Shown in pieces: positions 46,620-60,177 of a stretch of DNA of 64,000 bases. Every line of letters begins with the position of its first letter. The first letter of the stretch is position 1. The stretch covers positions 19,158,001 to 19,222,000 of the forward strand of contig OZ024754.1 of NCBI GenBank assembly GCA_964016885.1, written 5' to 3'. The translations under genes and the position numbers were made by a program. Source of the stretch: Eledone cirrhosa. Its lineage: Eukaryota. A model generated the notes under the pieces. The model made no database searches, had not been told where the DNA came from, and saw only the letters and a list, made by a program, of their open reading frames with translations.

Positions 46620-49300
46620 TATCGGCCACCCGATGCCCCCAGTCATGAGGGTAAATTTGAGGATAGACTCAATAGGATAGAAGAGGTCCTTGACAAACTG
46701 GGCTAGGGTCTCAACATTTTACTGCTGGGAGACTTCAGCCTGCCAAAGGTCAAATGGTCTGAGGGCCACCTACTCCCTGGAATGACATCACTAAAACAGA
46801 GACAGACGGAGTCCCTGCTGGCTCTCACAGACAGGCTGTTCATGGAACAAGCAGTACTCCTCCCAACAAGAGGTGAGAACGTCCTAGATCTCTGTTTTAC
46901 AAACAACGCAGTGCTCATCCACAATGTAAAGGTGACACCAATGATTTTCTCGAATCATAACTTAGTAGAACTAATGATATGTGGCCCGAGAGAATCAACA
47001 GAGACACAACCATCAAGAAGCACCGGGAACTTATCCAGCCTTAACCTCTACAAGGCTAACTGGAAAAAGATCAAGAGAGAAATCAGGAAACAAATATGAA
47101 GCAACAACACCGCCACGCAAGACACCAACACACATTTTCAACACTTCATGACAACGATACAATCTATATGCCTAAAGTTTGTCCCGGAGAAAAAGGCCAA
47201 CAGACACAAAAATCTTATTCCCAGAGATAGGTAAATCCTTATGAGACGAAGAACTAAGCTCTCAAACCAGTTGAATGCACAACAAAAAAAACAAAAACAA
47301 AAAGGAAACCTATTTGAAACGTGCACTACTTGACATCGAGATTGCACTCAAACTTTCCCATGAAAATGAGAGGGCAAGGAAAGAAATCAGAGCCATAGAA
47401 AATATTAAAACAAACCATAAGGCCTTCTTTAAATTTGCAAGAGACTGCCTCGGTACACTGCAAGATTGGGCCACTCTCCCATAAAGACGGTTCATTAACT
47501 GAGAATCCACAAGAGATAAGTGAAATACTGAACGAACAGTACAAAAGTGGGTTCACATGTCCACTGAGGCACATGCAAATAACAAATCCAGAGAATTTCT
47601 TTGATGCCACAACACTCCATGAAATTGCGACCACCAACCACATAGACATAACGGAGGGTGATGTGGCATACTCCATAGATGAAATTAGAACAGATTCAGT
47701 TGCTGGACCTGATGGATTCCCAACAGTCCTCTTAAAACATGTAAGCGGGCCTTAGCAACTCCACTGACGACGCTCTCCAGAAGATCCTTGGCTAGCGGTA
47801 TACTACCCAGGGAGCTGAAAGAAGGCACAATATGCCCTATCCATTAAGAAGGTAGCAGAGCGGAGGCCAAAAACTATAGGCCAGTCTCCCTGACGTCACA
47901 TATCAGTAAGGTCATGGTGCGAGTCGTCAGAAAGAAACTGATCACTTCCTCGGGGAGAATGACCGCCTGACTAGCACGAAGCATGGCTTTCGGCCTTACA
48001 CAGCTGCTACATCACTACAACTGGGTACTGAAACAACTGCTAGACAGCTCACATGTGGACGTGATATATCTTGACTTTGCAAAGGCCTTTGACAAGGTCG
48101 AGCACGGAATGATATGTCACAAACTACGCAGATTCGGCATAACTGGAAAAGTAGGTGAGTGGCTGCATGACTTCTTAAAGGACAGAAGCCAGACAGTCGC
48201 AACAAACGGGGCCCTCTCAAAGGAAACATCAATAACAAGTTGGGTGGCCCAAGGCGCAGTCTTGGGACCACTACTGTTTTTGGTGGCTCTCTCAGACATG
48301 CCCTCTGTAGTACATACAGAATCCCCCGCTAGCTATTCTGATGACACTAAGTTAGCACAGGCAATCAAAAACCCGCCTGAATCTGCCCTTTTCAACAATA
48401 TCTGGATGCCATATGCAAATGGGCGGAAGACAACAACATGCAGTTTAATGCTGGCAAATTTCAAGCCCTACAATACAAACCTGCAAACACAAATACAGTA
48501 CAACACAGTTACACTGTACCAAGAGGGACCGAAATTCCCGTATATATCCTGGGTATAGACATGAGCAACGATGCATCTTTTTCCTCACACATCATGAAAG
48601 TGGCCACAATGTGCAGACGACTCGCTGGCTGCATCTTGAGGACTTTCCGGACAAGAGACCGAGAGACCATGTTGACACTATGGAGGACATTTGTCCTAAG
48701 CCGCCTGGGCTATTGCTCCCAGCTGTGGTCACCCCATAGTGTCAGGTTAAGCATGGAACTTGAGGCAATCCAGCGAAGCTACACCAAGAGGATTGCCACG
48801 ATGAAGATAAGCTACTGGGAGAGGCTAAAAGAACTGAACCTACTCCTTGGAACGAAGACGGGAGAGATACGCAGTGATCTAATGTGGAAAATCCTGGAGG
48901 GACTAGCACCAAACTTTGGCATTGGGAGCTGGACCAACCCCCGAACAGGACATCACTGTGTGGTGCCAAAGGTCCCGTCTTCCACATCTAGAATAAGGAG
49001 CAGCTACTGCAATAGGCTGGGGTTCAACGGCCCTCAACTCTTCAACAAGCTGCCGAGGGGTCTGAGATCTGCATGGTGTGGACGTGGATGTTTTCAAGAA
49101 ACATCTCGACACCTTGCTATCCATGATCCTGGATGAGCCCATAGCAATGCACGGGGGAAACGTATGGGCAGCAGCAACGAACTTCCTCTTGCACCAGTGG
49201 CCAACCAGTACTGAGTGGGGATAAAATATGTAGCAGCAAGTGCAGTGCCCGAGCATGGCCTCAGCCGGATGGCTGGAACAGGTAAAAGAGTAAAAGAGTA
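46620..49300 (+). mobile_element. CR1-group LINE, 5'-truncated and decayed
   Basis: YRPP, LLGDF, PTRGENVLDL, NYRPVSLT, YLDFAKAFDKV, QGAVLGP, YSDD; tail (gtaaaaga)n. Confidence 0.88.
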
Positions 49301-49331
49301 TATATATACATTATATATGTATATATATATT

Positions 49332-51195
49332 AAAATACAAATATTAATAAAATAGATGTTCTTTTGATCAATTACACTTTATTATACATATTTCGTATAT
49401 AATGATACATGACATACGCTGAGATGTTAAATGGTTAAGATTTAATCAAGGTAGTGATTAACCTAAGAGAAAACTCAACATTTATACCCTAATAATGAGA
49501 AAATGCGAAAACGTAATAAATTCAATAGAGAATGTGTGAGTAAGAAAAACGTTGGTTGATGTGACAGCTATAGAGATTTTAAAATGTATGATACTACAAT
49601 TTATGGTTATCTAGGAAAACATCTCATGAATTATAACAGTCAATGAGAGCCACTGAAATAAGATTTATAGAGAGGGAAAGATGGGGGGGGGGGGTAATAT
49701 ATGGAGAAAGAGGTTTTTCCGAAAGTTAAACGGTTAAGTTTGAAAATATTTAATTTATGCTATTTTAGGGTGAAGAATCAAGATTTTAGTTTTTTTTTAA
49801 ATTGCTGGTTATTTATATTTATTAGTTTTGTAAATTCTATAAGTGTGTTAACATTTCTAAACTTCTGAATTTTATGAGGATAACATTTAAAGGATTTAGC
49901 TGGCCAGCGAAAAGGAAAGTTTACCCTGTTGAATATTTTCCTAAATATAATCTTTAACGAAGATAATCAATATCAACATATTCGGTATGTAAAGCTTATG
50001 AAGTACTTATTGTTAGAAATATTTAAATAACGATTATGTATATAGATATATATTAATGAGCCAGTATATTTTAGGTAAATGATAACGAAAATAAAAATAA
50101 AATAATAGATTGAGGCATGCTAAAGTTAAATATATACCTATATATAACAGGGTGTAAATGCATTAATTATTCATAGTTCAAAATAAATAATAATCAAGAA
50201 ATTTAGAAGTTAACTAAAAATTATGTATAGAAAGATACAGGGAGGTATATATGGATATATATTAGGTATTAGTGATACAGTATACTTTGGATAAATGATA
50301 AGGGTTATAATTTTATATAATAAAGTTCGACGTGTTACAGTTAAATACTTATATATATATAAGAAAAACAATAATAAATGCATGGATAATTCTGAGTTCA
50401 AAGTAAGGTCTATAATAATTTATAGTTTGGATATTTGCTCTATATTTGAATCATGGATATAAAAATGCAGTAGGTATATTTAAAAACATAGAAAATATAA
50501 TTACATACATATTATAAATAAGAGATCGAAAACGCATGAAAGATTCACAGTTAGAAATAATTTCCGTAAAAATGTATGGGTTGGATATTAAACTAAAATT
50601 TAAAACTTAGATAGGAAGATAAAGATAGAGAAATAAAGAAATAATGGTATGGATCAAAGTTAATAATATTAGGTTATGTATATCAATGTTCCGGCGTGTT
50701 ATTGAAAAAGTGTCTTTCATTCGAGCGTTATTTCTTCTATAGATAGTTATAAGATAATGCAATATTAAAGGCCATTAATGTTTTTCCCTGTTGATTATAT
50801 ACATCTGACAACCAAGTTTTTAATGGTTTAGTGTTTCTCTCTCTTTTTTTCTAGTTTTGTGGGAGGCTAAGAATGTAACTTTATGAAGGCAACTAGAGAA
50901 TAATTCACTTTTTTTGTTAATTAGGGTCTCATAGTTATTAATAATCAACAGGGTCTCCATTGTACAGAGCGCGCAGTTTTTTGATAAACTAGAGTTGCGG
51001 TAAACTCCACAGTTCCGAAGTTTTGTCCAAAGAATGGAGTATTTTAAATTCCTCTCTTTTAATGACCATATGAGCTGTGAAAAAGAAGTGGATGATTTCC
51101 TCTTGGAGTTCGAGAATGAGCATTTATGGTTCGCAAATCTGGCTTTAAATGTAGAAGAAGTCGATCCTATGTAGTTGTATGTGTTGTGATCAGTT
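49332..51195 (-). mobile_element. Naiad-like PLE GIY-YIG fragment with long AT-rich 3' region (not in the ORF track)
   Basis: Minus-strand 50860-51190: YNYIGSTSSTFKARFANH..CALCTMETLLI..INKKSELFSSCLHK. Confidence 0.8.
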
Positions 51196-51210
51196 TTTAC
51201 GGTGATCAGT

Positions 51211-51538
51211 TATTCGGCAGAGCGCGCGTGCGCGTGAAATGGGGTCGGTCGTACAGAGGTCAGCGGCCGAATGAGGGAGTGGGATGGCGTTAGCTGTCAG
51301 TCCATTCTCTGCCTGTTTGTTAAATGTTACTGTGTGTGTGTGTGCGTGTGTTGTCTCGCTTGAGTGCGTGTGTGTGTGTGCGTGTGTTGTTGCCTTGTTC
51401 CTCTGTATTGGCAGTGTAGTATGTTCGTATGGTGGAATGCTACTGTGTGTGTGTGCGTGTGTATGTGTAGTTGTCTCGTTTGCCGCTGACCTCTGTACGA
51501 CCGACCCCATTTCACGCGCACGCGCGCTCTGCCGAATA
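51211..51538. repeat. 57-bp GC-rich perfect inverted repeat around a (TG)-rich core; MITE-like
   Basis: tattcggcagagcgcgcgtg..gtcagcggc / gccgctgac..ctctgccgaata. Confidence 0.8.
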
Positions 51539-52205
51539 CCTCAGATATTCAAAACAACAAACAGCGAAGGACGCGTTCCGGACTTGTCCGACAGACAACC
51601 TTTTCCCCCACCCCGGAAAAAACCCCCAGTTGATGGATGTGAATTCGAAATATATAGGGACTATTAAATCTCTCCCAAGGTAACTCTCTCTTGTGTTGTT
51701 ATTTTAATTTTATTCTTTATACTCTTCCCTTCATTCTACACATCTCACACATCTTATACACACCACGCATCTCAACGTACACCCACTTACATCTCTCTCT
51801 CCACCACCGGACCTTGTTACCCGGAGATTTACCCATTTGCATTGTCGAGGCTTCCAAACGACTTAAAGATATTTACTTATTGTTCCACAATGCTTCAAGC
51901 AAACTTCAATACTCTAATATATATATATATTATTCCTACGGAGTATGTGTAGGCTTCTACAAAACCTGGACATTATTTTCCCAATTTGTAGAAAACATAT
52001 AATGAAACAATTGTTTGGAAAGAGAGATGTATTTTAATTATGTCTCATATAAAATAATACAACTGGCTCTCCGCAAAATACGTATAGTTAGCACCCCAAA
52101 CGTAAAATTGGGATTATACTAAGGTATATCCTAATGTTTGTTGAGTGAGACGGAAGCCGGTCGGAGTATTGCTTAAAGCTTTCTCTGTTAATGTATTAAA
52201 TATAT

Positions 52206-52244
<39 letters not shown>

Positions 52245-52288
52245 AATGAATAATAACAGGTAGACATAAAAAGGTAATTTATTCCGTG

Positions 52289-52400
52289 TGCTTACAAATG
52301 TTTCCACGGTGGTACTACAGCCTAGTTATGCTATGAGCAAATTTACAACTATTTGCAGAACTCAAATATCCAATGCTGTGACCACTGTATCCTCAGAGCA
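52289..52400 (-). ncRNA. Type I hammerhead with ~85-nt stem II
   Basis: tgct-CTGAGGA-tacagtggtcacagc..gctgtagtaccaccgtg-GAAA-cattt-GTA^-agca. Confidence 0.7.
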
Positions 52401-52486
52401 GAAACAGTAATTAACCATTACTACATCTAGGATAATCCTATACCTAATATATATATATATATATATGAATGTATGTATAGTATATT

Positions 52487-53014
52487 TGGTAATATACTGT
52501 ATGTTTAATTAAAAACATTTTGAAGACCTTGCGCTATTATTTTAAAGTAGTGACTATGTCACTTACTTCTTTTTTCAGCAAAGGAAGGGAGATAAGCTGA
52601 CAGATCTGTTCCACCTTCTAGTACTCGCCTACCTCTGCCGAAAATTATAGAGGCTGGATTCTTATAGAATTCCAGTAATAATCAGGAACTGATTATACAA
52701 AGCGATTGCCGGTCCAGCAAAAATAAAAAAATTAGGATTGGTGCTCTGAAAAAGCGATGTATACATGAATGTATTATTAATTTTTGCTGGACCAGCAATC
52801 GTGATTATTACTGGAATTCTATAAGAATCCAGCCTCTATAATTTTCGGCAGAGTTCGGCGAGTACTAGGCTCTGATGAACACCAACAGTGTGAAATAGAT
52901 CTGTCAGCTTATCTCCCTTCCTTTGTTGAGAAAAGAAGTAAGTGACATAGTCACTACTTTAAAATAATAGTGCAAAGTCTTCAAAATGTTTTAAATTAAA
53001 CATACAGCATATCA

Positions 53015-53017
<3 letters not shown>
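52487..53017. mobile_element. Fold-back element (~240-bp arms); HHR intact only in the right arm
   Basis: Arms are reverse complements with indels; flanked by TA-rich tracts. Confidence 0.85.
52867..52910 (+). ncRNA. Type I hammerhead ribozyme
   Basis: aggct-CTGATGA-acac-caaca-gtgt-GAAA-tagatct-GTC^-agctt. Confidence 0.85.
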
Positions 53018-53050
<33 letters not shown>

Positions 53051-53074
53051 TATATATATATATATGTATGTATA

Positions 53075-55555
53075 AGACCAACATGATTCCGTCTCCCACA
53101 CCCCTTGCTGTGCCCCATCCTATGCCTTCCTACCCCCCCCCCCCAGCAAAACCCAAAACTTCAGAATTGGTACCATGATTGTAGGCACATTGAAAGGTCG
53201 CTCAAACGAGGTTATAGAGATGCTTGAAGGTAAGGAAGTCGATGCCTGCTGTGTTCAAGAGACCAGGTGGAGGGGTGGCTCTGCTAGATTCATTGTGGGC
53301 AAGAAACAACGCTATGAGCTTTTCTGGATGGGTTGTGATAGCGGGCTGGGTTGTGTTGGAATTATGTTAGCAGAAAAACGGGTAGACAAGGTAATTTCCA
53401 TAGATAGAGTGAATGACAGGATCATTAAAATAAGATTAGTACTAAATAGGACAACTATATCAATTATTTCCGCTAATGCACCCCAATCCGGATTACCAGA
53501 CGTTATAAAAGACAGGTTCTATGAGTCTCTAATGCTCACTACCTCCCAGATACCCAACAGTGACTATATAATTATTGCTGGCGACCTTAATGGTCAAGTT
53601 GGACATCATTGTTATAGCTATGATGCTGTCCATGGAGGTTATGGGTTTGGTACTAGAAATGAGGAAGGTTTCAGGATCCTGGAATAATGTGATGCAAATG
53701 ACCAGACTGTCTACAACACAAACTTCAAAAAACGTGACAGTCATTTGATCACGTATAGATCAGGGGAACACACAGGAAGATAGACTTTATCCTTACTAGG
53801 AAGCGAGACAAAGTATTTATTTTGAACACTAAGTCCCTCCCTTGCGAAGAATGCGCCTCCCAACATAATTTAATAGTTAGTGACCTCATAGTCAGGGCTT
53901 TTGATAGTAAGGTAAAGCAATTAGAAACATACAATATAGAGGAATAGTGGGAATTCCTGAAAGTTAACCTGTTGAAGGCGACTGATGAAATCTGTGGCTG
54001 GAGCAGACCGTTGGGCAGGAGGAGAGTGACATGGTGGTGGAACACTAAGGTGGAGTCCATCAAGGGCAAAAAGCAGGCGTGGAAAGTATGGCAGGACAGG
54101 GTAGTAGAGAACTCTATCTGGTAGCTAGGAGAGAAGTTAGACAAGTATACTTTGCAAAGAGGGAAGCAGAGGATAGTAAGTTCAAGCATATTCTACAACG
54201 GGAGGGCTGTGTCAAGGAGAATTGTGATATTGTCGGGGAGACGTGTGTCCGTAATAACGATGGTGTACTTGCCTTCACTAACAATGATAAGAAGGTAGTT
54301 TGGAAGTGTTACTACGAGAGGCTACTGCTTGGAAGTGTTACTACGAGAGACTACTAGAGAATGAATGGAATAAAGATAGAAGGACCAGCTGTGAAAGTAA
54401 AGTGTAGTGTAGTAAGTAAGGCAATAAAAAATATGAAGACAGGCAAGGCAGCTGGGCCATCGGGTAAAGTTGCTGAAATGTTGAAGGTATCTGGAATGGT
54501 GGGACATACTATGTTCACCTGGATAGTAAACCAAATAATATAGAATGGGGTCATACCAAATGACTGGCGTAGCAGCTTCATCTTCAACTGTTACAAGGGC
54601 AAAGGAGACGGCATGGAGAGAGGAAACTATAGGGGTATTAAATTAGTTGACCAAGTCATGAAAGTCACAGAAAGAGTTATTACTCAACTGATTAGATACC
54701 AAATTGATCTAGATGAAATGCAGTTTGGGTTTGTGCCAGGTAAAAGTACCACATATGCTCTTTTCCTTGTATGGCAATTACAGGAGAAGTACATAGCTAA
54801 CAGTAAACCCCTCTACTTAGCTTTTGTTGACCTGGAGAAGGCCTTTCACAGAGTCCCCCGCTCCATTATCTGGTGGGCTCTTAGAAAACTAGGTGTTGAT
54901 GAATGGCTTGTGAGAGCTATACAAGCATGTATAAAGAAACAATCAGGAAGGTTAGAATTAACAATGAATATAGTGAAGAATTTAGCGTAAAAGTTGGTGT
55001 TCATCAATGGTGGGACATACTATGTTCACCCGGATAGTAAACCAAATAATACAGAATGGGGTCATACCAAATGACTGGCGTAGCAGCTTCATCATCAACT
55101 ATTACAATGGCAAAGGAGACGGCCTGGAGAGAGGAAGCTATAGGGGTATTAAATTAGCACCCTCCTATTTATTATTGTCCTACAGGCTATAACAGAGGGG
55201 TGCAAGACTGGCTGCCCATGGGAACTTCTATATGCAGCTGATCTAACTCTCATAGCTGAATCTATGGCTGAACTGGAGAGGGAGTTCCAAACATGGAAGC
55301 ATGGCCTTGAATCAAAAGGCCTTAGAGTCAACGTGCCTAAGACTAAAGTTCTACTATGTAGAAAGGAGAATAGAGCACATGTGCCCTCTAGGAAATGGCC
55401 ATGCTCAGTGTGTAAGAAAGGTGTAGGCAGAAACTCCATTCTAAGTCCCAAATGCAAACTATGCGTACATAAAAGATGTAGTGGAATCAGAGGTAAGCTA
55501 TCTGAGAATGTAGATTTTATATGTGGCCGATGCTCAGGTGCAGTAAGTAGCAAGG
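53075..55555 (+). mobile_element. RTE-clade LINE (APE + RT + Cys-rich insert), decayed
   Basis: CVQETRW, APQSG, AGDLNG, NYRGIKL, QFGF, FVDLEKAF, YAAD, WPCSVC..HKRC. Confidence 0.88.
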
Positions 55556-55559
55556 ACAC

Positions 55560-56107
55560 ACCAGACAGCCGAAAAAGTAAAACACAAAATGTATAAAAAT
55601 ATACAAAAATATAAACACGCGCACGCACACACGTGCAACTCGTACAAAAGAGATATGTGGGTATGACGCAAGATAGATTCAAACTCAGATACTACGCACA
55701 TGTCGCTTCTTTCAAACACCCAACTACGGCGCTGGCAAGTATGGAAGTTAAAAGAACGTAAGATTCAATATTTGATTGATTGGTCTATTTTAAACTGCTG
55801 AAAAGAATATCAGAAAGGCACAATAAAATGTTCTTTGTGCATAACCGAAAAATACAGAATCCTGCCAAATGTAAAATCTCCTAATATTTGCCTCAATTCT
55901 AAAACTGATAACTTCAGAAGTTGTCCACACATGAAATCGCACCTCCTTTTACGAATTAACTCATCCACTCACTACCCAGATCTCTTTATGAACACATACA
56001 TTTAACTAAAACAGACAGACACAATAAACACCCACTTATTTATTATAATTATATTCCCTTTTTCACACCTTTAATACACACAAACGGTTATTGACTTAAT
56101 ATATGTA
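55560..56107 (+). mobile_element. Degenerate Naiad-like GIY-YIG fragment preceded by an inverted segment
   Basis: RYVGMTQDRFKLRYYAH..CSLC..CPH; 55560-55637 mirrors 56526-56608. Confidence 0.6.
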
Positions 56108-56113
56108 AATGTA

Positions 56114-56248
<135 letters not shown>

Positions 56249-56673
56249 CGAAGGAGTCGTGGTAAGGAACCAGATGGACCATAACGCACCAGAGTACTCA
56301 ATACTTATGGTAGTAGAGTGGGTAATAGGAAAATGTATAACCCCGACGGCACAGCTCAAACCGTTTCGACGGCTATTTGTGGGCTCATATTTCTGCGTCC
56401 AGAAATACCATAGCTTGAGCTCTGCCGTCGGGGTCATACATTTTCCTATATATGTATATATCCATTTACATACTCTTAGGTAATTATATGTATTTTTGTA
56501 CACCAATGTGTTTTTGTACGATTAGCGCGTGTGTGCGTCCGTGTGTTTATATTTTTGTATATTTTTATACATTTTCTTTTTACTTTTTCGGCTGTGGCTG
56601 TCTGGTCAGATGGATACATATATTAAGTCAATAACCCGAAATGTGCTTATGTTTGTATCTATGTATACTCACG

Positions 56674-56748
<75 letters not shown>

Positions 56749-56751
<3 letters not shown>

Positions 56752-59020
56752 TTATAAGGAATTGCCATTTTGGTGTGTCTAGGGTGGCAAGAGTTGAATG
56801 GAAGGTATTGTTTGGAGTCTGTGGGTTTGTAGTATATGTCGGTTTCTTCTACCAACACAGAAAAAAGAACTGGAAAAGATATCTGGACGACTGCTTCATC
56901 CTCTGGCATGAAAGTATAGATAGACTGTTTGAGTTCAAAACCCTTCTAAATGGACTCAACACTAACTTACAATTCACAATGGATTACAGCCATGAACAAC
57001 TCCCTTTCCTCGACATCCTCATCAAGAAAACAAGCAACAAAATAGAAACAGACATATACTACAAACCCACAGACTCCAAACAATACCTTCCATTCAACTC
57101 GTGCCACCCTAGACACACCAAAATGACAATTCCTTATAACCTAACCGGAAGGTTGTGCACAATAGTTTCAGATAAATACACATGCTACACACGACTAGAA
57201 GAATTAAAAAACACACTTATCAGCAGAAACTACCCACCATCCCTAATCACCAATGGATTCCAACGTGCCCTAAAACTAGACATCCAGGAACTCAGACACC
57301 CCAAATCTAGGAAAGAACCGCAACAAAAAACTCTACCATACATCTCCACACACAACCCCCTCAACAATGAGGCATTCAACACCATCCTCCAGAACATTCC
57401 TTTACTATAAAGAGACCCAAGAATGAACAATATCCTCCAAACACACAACATCATAAAGAGCAAATGACAACCCAAATCCATAAAAAACATCCTCACACAA
57501 GCCAAAATCCAACAAACCCTCACAATGAACCCTACAGTAACAAAATGTGGAAGGCCCAACTGTGGCATATGCATAAATCTAATAGAAGGTTCAACATTCC
57601 ATTTTAAACAAGGAAAATGTTTCACAGTTAAACACAACTTTACATGTGCATCTGAAAACCTTATATATGTTTTGACCTGCTCAGGTTGTCAAGAGCATTA
57701 CATAGGACAGACAAAAAACAGCCTCCGTTAACGTATGACCGTCCATAAATCACAAATTAAAATACAGGAATACAGAAAGACTGCATTTAGTGAACATATC
57801 GCCAATTGTGCTCTCAACCAACATCCACACTTTAAAATTTTCCCCATTTACAAATTCATAGACAACGCTACTTTCATCCAACGTACCAATAAGGAAACAC
57901 ATTTCATTAATAAATTTCAACCACTACTCAATGCTCTAAAAATCGGACCAATCTAAAACTGCAACAAACCATCAAACATTTACAAGAGTTAACTCCCTCA
58001 CACCCTACCAAATCCTTTTTCTTAAATAAATTAAATATCACCCAGCAAGAATTGCTTCCCCCTGCATATTAACTCTCTAAAAAGGGAAATAATATCAAAC
58101 CTCAGTCCACCATTTGCCTCCTTCACGTAACCATGGTTCAACTAAGCACTCTTGCTATATTAACACATTTTGAACTGCTTAACTTCAATGACTGTGCTTG
58201 TAAATAACATTATTTTTTCTTCCACATTGACTTTTTACATCCCACATTATGCACGTTTTTTTTCTTTTTTCTTTTTTTCTTTTTTCTTTTTTCTTTTTTC
58301 TTTTTTCTTTTTTCTTTTTTCTTTTTTCTTTTTTCTTTTTTCTTTTTTCTTTTTTCTTTTCACTTCTTAAACCTTGTTTGTATATAACATTCTTTCTGCA
58401 CCTTCTGTTTAACATGTGCGACACCACAGTAATACATTTCACTATCATTTGATAATGCATATAAATGCTGAAACCGGTAATAGACAATAATTAAATATAT
58501 AAATAGATAAATAAATGCCATTGTTAAATAATAAATAAATCAACTAATACCTTAACACTTCACACAAAGTAAAACATTTCGTTTTAATCATTTTCTAACC
58601 TAGAAAAAAGAGAAAGAGAAACAAAAAAGGAAAAAAAATATTTTTCTTCCTCATAATCGTCTCTTTCTCCCTGTTTTCATATATATATATGCATATATAT
58701 GTGTGTGTATATATGCATGTATGTGTGTGTATGTATGTATGTATGTATATGTGTGTGTATATATGTGTGCATGTATATGTGTGTGGAAGTGTAGGTATAT
58801 ATATGTATTTATTTTTACCCCCCTAACCTTACGTTCTGCATCAGTGTGTATATTTTTTGTTATTTTATTTTATATATTTCTTATTAATATTCTATTTTAT
58901 TTCAGCCTCGCTTTCAATTGTTATAGGCTTTGTTTTTATTTTCATATCTTATGTCCATATTAAATTTCATTCTGATGAGCGATCTCAGACATCTCTGTTG
59001 AGCTCGCCTGTCTTCGTTAA
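56749..59020 (+). mobile_element. Neptune-like PLE, 5'-truncated, with inverted internal duplication at its 5' end
   Basis: WKRYLDDCF, LPFLD, YYKPTD, SCHP, IYVLTC..YIGQT; 56749-56848 is the reverse complement of 57045-57143. Confidence 0.87.
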
Positions 59021-59063
59021 ACCTTTGGTAAACGGAATAATTGACTTCTGTCGTTTATGACAT

Positions 59064-59138
<75 letters not shown>

Positions 59139-59327
59139 GGTTTGTTGGTTCACCACTGGATAGAACTGGTCATTCCGTGTGGTCAATCTTGGTGTAATAT
59201 TATGGAGAGCACTCAACGTAATGGAACTCACCCGTCTTCGTTTGTGTAGTTGGTGGTGCGAGTACGGAGTTAATTATTATAAAATAACAGGAGGCTGGAC
59301 TGGTGTAAACCCTTGAAAGGTGTATTA

Positions 59328-59385
59328 TGCTATGATCATTTCAATGACCGAGTTCAGTATGAATCCGGTGACATCATCAGGTATT
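59328..59385 (-). ncRNA. Hammerhead, paralog of 7146-7207
   Basis: CTGATGA-tgtcaccgg..tcggtcatt-GAAA-tgatca-TA. Confidence 0.65.
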
Positions 59386-60049
59386 TCAAAATATACGAAG
59401 GAATATAACAGATAAAAATCCATGGGGCTGAAAATCAGAGACAAGAGGGCAACCGACAATTTAGCAGCTTCTACCTCTGTCGGCCGCCCTCAAGTGTTGA
59501 TTATTAAGTCTACTTATGACCATCTGGTGGGGAGGGGGGGGGGGGGCAGGCTTATAATGTGCTACTACCATCCGGTCAGATGGAAATGTCAGCGTTGAGG
59601 TCATGCGTCAACCATGCTGGTCATGCCTGCTCGAAATTGCCCCGAAAAATATTTTTTCAAAGAACTAATATCTTCAACAGAGACATATATATAGAGAGTA
59701 AAAAAGGAAGAGAGTGTGTGTGAATGAGAGAGAGAGTTAGAGAGTGACAGACAGAGTAAAAAAAGAGAGAGAGAGTGTGCGTGAATGAAAGAGAGAGAGA
59801 GATTGACAGAGAGATTGTGTGTAAGTGATATAGAGAGAAAGAGACAATTTACAGAAGGAGGTTTTTATGAAAAAGTTTAAGTGTAATATATATAGTCCCG
59901 ATAAATGTTCCGGGTAGTATATAAAGTAAATATTATGCCCTTGCTTAGCGGTCAATAACCAGCGACGACTGCGGACACTATATATGTCTTTGTGGAAGAT
60001 ATCTGTTCTTTGAAAAAATATTATTTGCGGCAATTTCGAACACGCATGA

Positions 60050-60133
<84 letters not shown>

Positions 60134-60177
60134 GCACACACATACCTATATACACACATATATATACATATGTATAT

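Noticed and set aside
58257-58360. Lys/Phe-rich ORFs
   Set aside because: (TTTTTTC)n simple repeat
58968-59020. CTGATGA + gcga/tcgc stem at the Neptune-like 3' end
   Set aside because: No GAAA or cleavage triplet follows; at most a truncated HHR
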